From assembly GCA_029879945.1 (NCBI GenBank), contig JAOUPJ010000002.1, positions 1 through 34,258 on the forward strand: a stretch of DNA of 34,258 nt, given 5' to 3'. Position numbers and translations under genes: made by a program. Positions 18,429 through 27,189 of this stretch are shown piece after piece. The number at the start of each line of letters is the position of its first letter. Position 1 is the first letter of the stretch. This DNA comes from Gammaproteobacteria bacterium (GTDB lineage Bacteria > Pseudomonadota > Gammaproteobacteria > S012-40). Under the pieces are notes generated by a model. That model saw only the letters and a program-made list of their open reading frames with translations, was not told where the DNA came from and did not search any database.

Positions 18429-19268
18429 TTATCCTTGAATTTCGGCTTCAAGAAAAGGTCTAGCTTTTACCACACGGTCAATTTCCAGCAAGATTTCCAG
18501 CATTTCCCGCATTCTACCCAATGGCCAGGCATTGGGTCCGTCGCTCAGCGCCTTGGCCGGGTCGGGATGGGTTTCCATGAACAGGCCGGAAACACCCGCT
18601 GCCACCGCTGCACGCGCCAGAACCGGAACATGTTCACGCTGTCCGCCCGAAGCAGTACCCTGTCCACCAGGCAATTGCACCGAATGAGTGGCATCAAAAA
18701 CGACCGGGCAGTTACATTCACGCATCACCGCCAGGGCGCGCATATCCGAAACCAGATTGTTATAACCAAACGAGACGCCTCGCTCGCATGCCATGATCTG
18801 CTCATTCCCGGTAGCACGGGCCTTGTCGATCACATTTTTCATATCCCAGGGCGCGAGAAACTGCCCCTTCTTGATATTGACTGGCCGGCCTTGTTTGGCC
18901 ACGTCTTGAATGAAGTTGGTTTGTCGGCACAAAAACGCGGGGGTTTGTAACACGTCAACAACCGAAGCGACTTCATCCATCGGTGTATCTTCATGTACAT
19001 CAGTCAGAACCGGCACGCCGATCTCGTCTTTTACCTTTTGCAGGATACGCAGACCTTCTTCTATTCCTGGTCCACGAAAACTGGCATGAGAAGAACGGTT
19101 GGCTTTATCGAATGAAGACTTGTAAATAAAAGGAATTCCCAGTTCAGCCGTGACTTCCTTTAATTGGGCAGACGTTTCCAGCGCCAAGCCCTCGCTTTCA
19201 ATCACACAAGGACCGGCAATGAGAAAAATGGGCTTATCCAGACCGACTTCAAAATCCAACAGCTTCAT
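18429..19268 (-). CDS. kdsA: 2-dehydro-3-deoxyphosphooctonate aldolase (KDO-8-P synthase)
   Basis: 279 aa with [34 protein letters not shown] and [11 protein letters not shown] motifs. Confidence 0.96.
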   Translation of the reverse strand: MKLLDFEVGLDKPIFLIAGPCVIESEGLALETSAQLKEVTAELGIPFIYKSSFDKANRSSHASFRGPGIEEGLRILQKVKDEIGVPVLTDVHEDTPMDEVASVVDVLQTPAFLCRQTNFIQDVAKQGRPVNIKKGQFLAPWDMKNVIDKARATGNEQIMACERGVSFGYNNLVSDMRALAVMRECNCPVVFDATHSVQLPGGQGTASGGQREHVPVLARAAVAAGVSGLFMETHPDPAKALSDGPNAWPLGRMREMLEILLEIDRVVKARPFLEAEIQG

Positions 19269-19281
19269 ATCCTATGCCTCG

Positions 19282-20952
<1,671 letters not shown>

Positions 20953-20999
20953 CTAGAGAATAGCAGAATTCGCCATCCGCCACAAATGGAACGAGTTGA

Positions 21000-22337
21000 C
21001 TAGAAGCTGATCAAAGAAGCCGCTATACCGATCTGTTCACGGTTGGTATCGGAGGCTTTGTTGGTAGAACGTGTCACGGTCAGTTGGTAACTCACTTCGA
21101 TATCAATATTTTTCGTCAGTTCGTAGACTAGGGCGGCATAAGCACGATAACGCCGGTCGCGTCGAAACTCGCCGCTAAGAGATGGCACATCATACTCGGA
21201 TTCCCGATAGCTGCCCCCTGCACCCACTATCCAGCGATCGAATAGCCTCAGCCTGCCATCGGCATCCACTCTTTTCCGGGTCGGCGAGATACTCGTCCAA
21301 GCGATCTTACTGAATAGATAGATATCGTCCGGTCTTTGTTCATGCTTGGTCTGATCATATTCATAACGCAGCCGCAGCCAACTGGAAGACTGGCCCAATG
21401 AATATCGAGCCCCCAGGCGAATACGATGTCGCATACCACTATCGTAGCTTAGATATTCGACCGTTTTATAGGTTTTTTCAGCCTGGTATCTGGCATCAAA
21501 GCGTAGTTTCTTAGTGGTATTGTGTTTGGCGTCCAGTTGCAAGGAATAACTTTGGGTGTAATCTTCCTTATAGATTCGCGTAAGATTGTAGTTCAACACG
21601 CTATCTAATGAGAAACTGTCCCAAAGGGCATGGTGACCCAAGCCCAGGGTGTAGAGTTCTATGCGTGGCAAGATCCCTGAATCGGGTTCTCGAACAAATA
21701 GAAATCCTTCAACGCCAACATTTCTTAAAAAACCATATCTCGCCAGCCTGGTTTCCGCTGTCAGATTCAATTCGGTAAAACTTGAGCTAATGGCTGGCGT
21801 AGCGCCGTTATCTATTCTTTCCCAGTCGGGTTCACTTTCATAGGCCCTCACGAGATTCAGAATGATGAGCCTATCCAGGCTTGAATCGTCTTTATTAATC
21901 CTGCGCAAAACCTCTCTGGCCAGACGTTGAATCTGCGGCGACTTACCGTGGTCTAAGATTTTCCGCAGCCATATTTCAGCTGCATTGTATTGTTCTTCTC
22001 TTACCGCAAGCAGGCCCAGATTGAGATAGGCTCGATCGCGAAATTCCCTATTTTCGGTCAGCGCAATAAAAAGGGGTTTGGCTTCTGCGTATCTTGTTAG
22101 CTTGTAGAGTGTAACGCCAAGATTGAATGTGAGTTTGGGATCATCCATGCCCTTGGACTGAGCCTCTTCAAAGAAAGACAGGGCCAAGGAATAGTTCTGT
22201 TTTTCAAATTCTGATATACCCTTCTCAAATATCTGCTCCGCTGCCTTATCCGCAATAGCTGTATTGGCAAAAAGCAACATTGTCAGAACAGCAAACAGCC
22301 TTTTCAATCGATCCCCCGGAATCCCACAAAACCACAT
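21000..22337 (-). CDS. Outer-membrane protein with an N-terminal TPR domain and a C-terminal ~14-strand beta-barrel (Slam/DUF560-like architecture)
   Basis: 445-aa ORF with signal peptide ..KRLFAVLTMLLFANTAIA|DK. TPR-like helices occupy ~30-150 (YSLALSFFEEAQ.., YAEAKPLF.., YNAAEIWLRKIL..). Alternating aromatic/charged strands follow to the C-terminal IAASLISF. The start may instead be the TTG at 22307 (GGGGG 5 nt upstream). Confidence 0.7.
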   Translation of the reverse strand: MWFCGIPGDRLKRLFAVLTMLLFANTAIADKAAEQIFEKGISEFEKQNYSLALSFFEEAQSKGMDDPKLTFNLGVTLYKLTRYAEAKPLFIALTENREFRDRAYLNLGLLAVREEQYNAAEIWLRKILDHGKSPQIQRLAREVLRRINKDDSSLDRLIILNLVRAYESEPDWERIDNGATPAISSSFTELNLTAETRLARYGFLRNVGVEGFLFVREPDSGILPRIELYTLGLGHHALWDSFSLDSVLNYNLTRIYKEDYTQSYSLQLDAKHNTTKKLRFDARYQAEKTYKTVEYLSYDSGMRHRIRLGARYSLGQSSSWLRLRYEYDQTKHEQRPDDIYLFSKIAWTSISPTRKRVDADGRLRLFDRWIVGAGGSYRESEYDVPSLSGEFRRDRRYRAYAALVYELTKNIDIEVSYQLTVTRSTNKASDTNREQIGIAASLISF

Positions 22338-22411
22338 CGAAGTATATTTATAGACTTTGTTGGCTTAGGCAAGAATTTTTTCATTGCCGCAGCTTTTTAT
22401 TTTTAGTCGAC

Positions 22412-22445
22412 AAAAAAAACACCCTGGCAGTTGCCTACCAGGGTG
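22412..22445 (-). terminator. Rho-independent terminator after the acidic repeat protein gene
   Basis: Minus strand: CACCCTGG taggcaactg CCAGGGTG followed by T8, 33 nt past the stop codon and ahead of the OMP gene. Confidence 0.7.
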
Positions 22446-22477
22446 GAGCTAAGGAGAAAACTTCCCTATCTATATTC

Positions 22478-23191
22478 TTAACCGCGAACTTCGTCGGCCT
22501 TATCTTTTCCCTTTTCGGCAGCATCCTTCGCGCTGTCTACTGCATCTTGGGCGGCCTCGTTTGCATGCTCAGCCGCATTGTCGGCAGCGTCTTCAGCAGC
22601 GTCATTTGCATTGTCTGCAGCATCTTCAGCGGCTTCGTTTGCGTTCTCAGCGGCATCTTCAGCAGCGTCATTTGCATTGTCGGCAGCATCTTCAGCGGCT
22701 TCGTTTGCGTTCTCAGCGGCATCTTCAGCAGCGTCATTTGCATTGTCTGCGGCTTCTTCAGCGGCTTCGTTCGCATGCTCAGAAGCATCATCTGATGCGT
22801 CATTAGCCTTGTCTGCGGCATCGTTCGCGTGATCTTTGCCCATTTCCGCGTGCTCTTGACCGGCCTCTTTCTTGTCTTCAGCCATGTCTTTGGCATCATC
22901 AGACTGGTCAGAAGCATGATCTGCGGCATCATCATTTGAATCATCGCTGTGATCGTCACGCTTTTCACGTGCTTCGTTTGCAGTCTCCAGACCCTTAGCA
23001 GACATCTCTCTGCCCTTATCTGAAGCGGCTTCTGGTAATTCCAGTTCTCTCACTGCAGCTTCCGGTAATTCCACACCATCGGCTACAACACTCATGCCCA
23101 CATTTTCGATATCATCGATATCAACTGCGAAAGCAGGAGCCACACTGACGGCCCATACTGAAAGGGCCAGTAAAATTGATTTTGGATTCAT
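22478..23191 (-). CDS. Secreted hyper-acidic Ala/Asp/Glu/Asn repeat protein (non-lipoprotein signal peptide)
   Basis: ATG at 23191 after GGAG plus 6 nt. The signal peptide is MNPKSILLALSVWAVSVAPAFA|VD, with no lipobox Cys. The mature part has ~71 D/E versus ~17 K/R in ~215 residues by hand count. The core is ANDAAEDAAENANEAAEDAADN, repeated. Confidence 0.75.
   Translation of the reverse strand: MNPKSILLALSVWAVSVAPAFAVDIDDIENVGMSVVADGVELPEAAVRELELPEAASDKGREMSAKGLETANEAREKRDDHSDDSNDDAADHASDQSDDAKDMAEDKKEAGQEHAEMGKDHANDAADKANDASDDASEHANEAAEEAADNANDAAEDAAENANEAAEDAADNANDAAEDAAENANEAAEDAADNANDAAEDAADNAAEHANEAAQDAVDSAKDAAEKGKDKADEVRG
22570..22798. repeat. Tandem 66-nt (22-codon) repeats with 33-nt sub-periodicity inside the acidic protein gene
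   Basis: GTCATTTGCATTGTC recurs at 22601, 22667 and 22733. Copies 22601-22666 and 22667-22732 differ at a single base (T/G). The flanking copies are more diverged. Confidence 0.9.
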
Positions 23192-23227
23192 GACCAACTC
23201 CTTAAAATCGGTTCTATATAGATTGCT

Positions 23228-23935
23228 CTATATGGCAATCTGGTTAGTGTCAACATAGCGGACTTGCCCATCCTCTATTGCATCCACTAAAACCTTGAGA
23301 ACTTTTGCTTTACCATCGTTCTCTATTTTCGTAATTACCTCGCCACCCATCATGGCCTGGTGAGCTACTACGGGTAATTTGAGGACATTCTGTCCTTGAT
23401 GCAGATCTGTCTTCCAGCTCATTTCGCTAACGCCGGGGTAGCCACTCAATTCCATCATAGGAGGCAGCTTCACGGTTAACGTGACATCCTGCATATCGCC
23501 AGGGGCGTTAAACAAAACGCGCAAAGGATGCACCTTCGCAACGCTCACCTTGACCACCGGCAGATTCAGACTTGCTTGAGAACCTGGGTTCGTAGCAGGA
23601 ATCACACTGGTCTCAGGTGATAGAAACACTGTTACTCCCAGCCAAACTGCCAGACTGGCTGCGATCGCCGAGCTAAAACCAATGGTGAATCCCTTGCGGT
23701 GTGACTTGCTCGCAGGCCTTTCCAAGGCTGCGAAAACTTCGTCTGCAAAACCCTTACGGGGACCCGGCACCTTGTCCAGATCAATCAGCGCGTGTTTGAT
23801 TTTATTTTCCAAATCAAATAGCTGCGCACATTTTTCACATTCCGCCAAATGCTCGTCAAGCTGCGCCTGACGGATGGGGTGGAGCCTGCCGACCAGGTAG
23901 TCATCAATTTGGTTTTGTGCTGTTTGACAATTCAT
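23228..23935 (-). CDS. Membrane-spanning zinc-binding (ZAS-type) anti-sigma factor with a periplasmic beta-rich domain
   Basis: It has the full C3-x25-H29-x3-C33-x2-C36 motif (..DEHLAECEKC..). One TM segment (FTIGFSSAIAASLAVWLGVTVFL) is followed by a ~130-aa C-terminal domain. GAGGA RBS; it starts 16 nt after the sigma gene stop. Confidence 0.8.
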   Translation of the reverse strand: MNCQTAQNQIDDYLVGRLHPIRQAQLDEHLAECEKCAQLFDLENKIKHALIDLDKVPGPRKGFADEVFAALERPASKSHRKGFTIGFSSAIAASLAVWLGVTVFLSPETSVIPATNPGSQASLNLPVVKVSVAKVHPLRVLFNAPGDMQDVTLTVKLPPMMELSGYPGVSEMSWKTDLHQGQNVLKLPVVAHQAMMGGEVITKIENDGKAKVLKVLVDAIEDGQVRYVDTNQIAI

Positions 23936-23951
23936 AATGTGTCCTCAAACT

Positions 23952-24521
23952 CTAACACGCTTCAACACGGGAAAAGGTTCCATTCTTTAATTTGTCTCGC
24001 AGACTGGATCTAGCGCGATGCAGTCTGGATTTCACGGTTCCTATGGGTAGACAAAGCATGTCTGATATCTCATCTAGACTATAGCCTTCGATTTCAAACA
24101 TTTGAATGAGAAGTTTTTGGTCTTCGCTGAGCGAGTCCATAGCGCGGCGCACTTCGTTGCGGAAGTCGTCCTGGGTTGCTTCTTCTTCGGGGTCGCCAAA
24201 TTCACTTTCAGAATGTTCGTATTCGATCTGGCTGTCACCATCCAGATCGCTTAAATTCTTTATAGGGGAACGGGTGTATCGTCTACGGTCATCGATAAAA
24301 ATTCGATACATCACCTTGGATAACCAGATATCCAGTCTTTCAATATTGACCAGCTCATCGTAGCGGCTGAACATTTTGGTGACCAGTTCCTGAACCAGGT
24401 CTTCGGCATCATCCTGGTTCTGGGTGAAACGGTAGGCTACACGATATAGTTTTTCGAAGTGAGGACGGATTAGCGCCTCATACGCTGCAGCCTGATTACG
24501 AAAACCGTTTATCACTGCCAT
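23952..24521 (-). CDS. ECF (group 4) RNA polymerase sigma factor
   Basis: Region 2 reads FEKLYRVAYRFTQNQDDAEDLVQELVTKMF. Region 4 reads LSEDQKLLIQMFEIEGYSLDEISDMLCLPIGTVKSRLHRARSSLRDKL. The likely start is the ATG at 24521 (MAVINGF..) after GGAGAA; the ORF-track start at 24623 adds an implausible 34-aa extension. Confidence 0.87.
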   Translation of the reverse strand: MAVINGFRNQAAAYEALIRPHFEKLYRVAYRFTQNQDDAEDLVQELVTKMFSRYDELVNIERLDIWLSKVMYRIFIDDRRRYTRSPIKNLSDLDGDSQIEYEHSESEFGDPEEEATQDDFRNEVRRAMDSLSEDQKLLIQMFEIEGYSLDEISDMLCLPIGTVKSRLHRARSSLRDKLKNGTFSRVEAC

Positions 24522-24629
24522 TGAATTCTCCGAGATCGCCCAATTAGATGTAGAAATTAGTAGCCCCCAACAAGCAGTCCCGGTTCGAAAACCGGTTCTA
24601 CCGGAAGGGGGCTGGATGGGCATAAGCTA

Positions 24630-24656
24630 ACACGCATCAACCCATCCAAAGGTTCC
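24630..24656 (-). promoter_or_regulatory. Candidate ECF-type autoregulated promoter (GGAAC-N17-CGTGT)
   Basis: Minus strand: tGGAACc tttggatgggttgatg CGTGTT, ~110 nt upstream of the sigma ATG. This fits the generic ECF -35 GGAAC / -10 CGT pattern. Motif match only. Confidence 0.4.
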
Positions 24657-24744
24657 ACAATATTGCGTTGTGAGCCTGAATCTTATGTGAGCCAGCTTAA
24701 ACGAGTATTAGCCAGGCACAGAAAAAACTATTATCTTATTGATA

Positions 24745-26088
24745 TTATAGCATTTTTACATGAATAGACGGCTCTCGGTTGCGGGCAAGAAAGGCTTCGT
24801 CTACCCAGTAACCCACAACGGCCGCCAGTTTCTCATCTATATAAATCAAGGGGATACGATTTCTTTCCCAGGGAGGGATTTTTTCGTCCTGAAAAAGTTT
24901 TTTTAGTTTGTGTCTGCCTCGACCGGCCAACGTGATCTGTTCTCCCCCTTGGCGAAAACGGATCTCGGTTTTTTGAGACGATTCAATTTTGTGTATGCTC
25001 AGGCCCTGATCGTCTATCACCAGGCTTCTCAGTGTTCCGACTCCCGCAATCTCCAGATCGCTTTTGCCGTCCCAGGGAATCGGTTGCGACTCATCGAAAG
25101 ACTGCAAAGGCGCTAAGCAATACAACACGCCTTGAAAGCGCCTCAATTCTTTACCGCAACAAAAAAGGACGGGTTCCGCATCTTCCCAAGCATGTAACAT
25201 TTGTTGCGCGATCTGGTTTAGCTGTTCGGTGCTCGGGCTACTTCCGGTTAGTTTCATCAACCAATAGCGGATGAGCTGGATGGCCTCGTCTTCGTTAAAT
25301 GCGCTGAGCTTGTCTAGATTCAATTGATCGGCCCTGATCAACTGGGGGAGTAGTTTTTCTTCCAGACTGGCGTCGAGTATTGCACATAGCTGCCGGCTAT
25401 GATCAGCGCTGCGGGAAACGGCCTTGGCGGCGGAGGGCCAGCGGGATTTCAGTTTGGGTATGACTTCGTGTCTCAGAAAATTGCGGTCATGGTGTAATAA
25501 TTGGTTGCTTGGATCTTCAATCCAGTTCAGTTCATGGGCACGGGCATAGTCTTCTATTTCGGATCGACTCACGCCCAGCAATGGACGAATGTGCAGGCCG
25601 GTGGAAAATTCTCTGCACAGGTCCATGGCCGAAAGACCATGTGGCCCAGCCCCTCGCATCAATTGCAGCAGCACCGTTTCGAATTGATCATCTTGATTGT
25701 GGGCAGTGAGCAGCACGCTCTTGTCAGACATGTTCCCTGCCAGCGCCTGGTATCGTACCTCACGGGCTGCCGCTTCCAGACCCAGACCACGAGACAAGTC
25801 CACCTCCACATTGATGGCCGTGAATTCCACGCCCCACTCAGCACAGATATGCTGGCAGTGACTGGCCCATTCATCGGCTTGCGTCTGTAACTGGTGATTG
25901 ATATGCACGGCGCGCAGGGTGGCGTTTTCTTTATTCTTTAATATGCGGTGAAGCAGATGTAAAAGCACTGTGGAATCACAGCCACCGCTGAATGCCACCA
26001 CAATGTGTTGCGGCGGCGGCACTGGGTCGACCACCTGTTCCAGGCAGGTTTCTAGTGTGTGAAGTACTCTTTCGGCGAGTGGTTCCAT
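24745..26088 (-). CDS. tilS: tRNA(Ile)-lysidine synthetase
   Basis: 447 aa with the PP-loop VAFSGGCDSTVLL, HINHQLQ, AHNQDDQ.ET.L..L.RG and a C-terminal TilS substrate-binding domain. Confidence 0.9.
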   Translation of the reverse strand: MEPLAERVLHTLETCLEQVVDPVPPPQHIVVAFSGGCDSTVLLHLLHRILKNKENATLRAVHINHQLQTQADEWASHCQHICAEWGVEFTAINVEVDLSRGLGLEAAAREVRYQALAGNMSDKSVLLTAHNQDDQFETVLLQLMRGAGPHGLSAMDLCREFSTGLHIRPLLGVSRSEIEDYARAHELNWIEDPSNQLLHHDRNFLRHEVIPKLKSRWPSAAKAVSRSADHSRQLCAILDASLEEKLLPQLIRADQLNLDKLSAFNEDEAIQLIRYWLMKLTGSSPSTEQLNQIAQQMLHAWEDAEPVLFCCGKELRRFQGVLYCLAPLQSFDESQPIPWDGKSDLEIAGVGTLRSLVIDDQGLSIHKIESSQKTEIRFRQGGEQITLAGRGRHKLKKLFQDEKIPPWERNRIPLIYIDEKLAAVVGYWVDEAFLARNREPSIHVKML

Positions 26089-26146
26089 GGAACACGGCCT
26101 ACAGTGTGGTGGGGTTGTTCGCTAACGGTACCGACTGGTCGAGATA

Positions 26147-27112
26147 CTATACCGCGAGATCTTTGTATCTCCCGAAGCCCATCAGACGATCGTAACGCGC
26201 ATCCAGCAATTTATCCACCGACATGGCGGTGAGCAAATCCAGATTTTCAGTGAGTGCGTCTTTGAGTCGCGTTGCCATGCCATCCACATCGCGGTAGGCA
26301 GAACCCAGGGGCTCTTCGATGACCTGGTCGATCAGACCCAGCTGCTTTAATCGATCCGCGGTAATTCCCATGGCGTCTGCCGCGGTGGAGGCATACTCGG
26401 CGCTCTTCCACAAAATGGAGGCGCAGCCTTCTGGGGAAATGACTGAATAGGTGCTGTATTGCAACATCATGACGCGATCGCCGACTCCGATGGCCAGTGC
26501 GCCACCCGAGCCTCCTTCACCGATCACGGTGCAGAGGATGGGAACCTTGAGGCCGGCCATGACCAGCAGGTTTCTGGCGATGGCCTCACTCTGTCCACGC
26601 TCTTCGGCACCGATACCGGGATAGGCACCGGCAGTATCGATAAAGGTGAGCACGGGCATCTTGAAACGTTCGGCTAACTGCATCAGACGTAGGGCCTTGC
26701 GATAGCCTTCCGGCCGGGGCATGCCCCAGTTTCGTCTCACGTTTTCCTTGGTGTCTCGACCCTTTTGATGGCCGATTATCATCACCGGATCACCGTTTAG
26801 CCGTGCAATTCCACCGACTATGGCCGGGTCGTCGCCAAAGGCTCTATCGCCGTGCATCTCTTCAAAATCGGTGAAGATACGATCGATGTAATCTTGCGTG
26901 TAGGGTCGACGCGGGTGCCTGGCCAATTGGGATATCTGGCCTGCACTCAAGGAGGAGAAGATTTGCTTGGTTAAATTCTTACTTTTTGATTCCAAACGTT
27001 GAATTTCATCTGAAATATTGATTTCGGTATCGTTGCCTACATAACGTAGTTCTTCAATTTTGGCTTCCAGCTCGGCAATCGGCTGTTCAAATTCCAGGAA
27101 ATTTAAATGCAT
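26147..27112 (-). CDS. accA: Acetyl-CoA carboxylase carboxyltransferase alpha subunit
   Basis: [23 protein letters not shown].., [32 protein letters not shown] and [10 protein letters not shown] motifs. Confidence 0.96.
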   Translation of the reverse strand: MHLNFLEFEQPIAELEAKIEELRYVGNDTEINISDEIQRLESKSKNLTKQIFSSLSAGQISQLARHPRRPYTQDYIDRIFTDFEEMHGDRAFGDDPAIVGGIARLNGDPVMIIGHQKGRDTKENVRRNWGMPRPEGYRKALRLMQLAERFKMPVLTFIDTAGAYPGIGAEERGQSEAIARNLLVMAGLKVPILCTVIGEGGSGGALAIGVGDRVMMLQYSTYSVISPEGCASILWKSAEYASTAADAMGITADRLKQLGLIDQVIEEPLGSAYRDVDGMATRLKDALTENLDLLTAMSVDKLLDARYDRLMGFGRYKDLAV

Positions 27113-27189
27113 CTTCTCTCTACCGTTTCGAATATCTGTTAATTATATAACAACTTAGAAAATGAATCGCTATACAAACTTTGCGCCGC

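Noticed and set aside
20973-20985. Short shared words CCATCC...CCACAA at both edges of the ECF/OMP module (20973-20985 and 24642-24660), considered as insertion-site duplication
   Set aside because: They are only two 6-mers with different spacing (1 versus 7 nt). The right-hand copy overlaps the putative ECF -35 box. There is no integrase, tRNA or inverted repeat, so this cannot be distinguished from chance.
22280-22832. Plus-strand ORFs (171 aa hydrophobic SIFSGFVCVLSG repeats, plus 81- and 84-aa frames) opposite the acidic repeat gene
   Set aside because: The repeat DNA keeps all frames open. Only the minus-strand frame has an SD plus ATG, a signal peptide, operon spacing and a terminator. 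The 171-aa ORF would also run through the terminator and into the OMP gene start.
24578-24600. GGTTCGAAAACCGG, reminiscent of a tRNA T-arm
   Set aside because: There is no acceptor stem, anticodon arm or CCA context. It is a simple 6-bp hairpin/direct repeat in the sigma-gene leader.
24522-24623. 34-codon N-terminal extension of the ECF sigma ORF (MPIQPPSGRTGFRTG..)
   Set aside because: There is no RBS. The extension covers the predicted promoter-proximal leader, and ECF sigmas begin close to region 2. The ATG at 24521 has GGAGAA at the proper spacing. Similar upstream extensions were trimmed for eno (18281-18313), pyrG (20911-20940), the Sel1 protein and the acidic protein.
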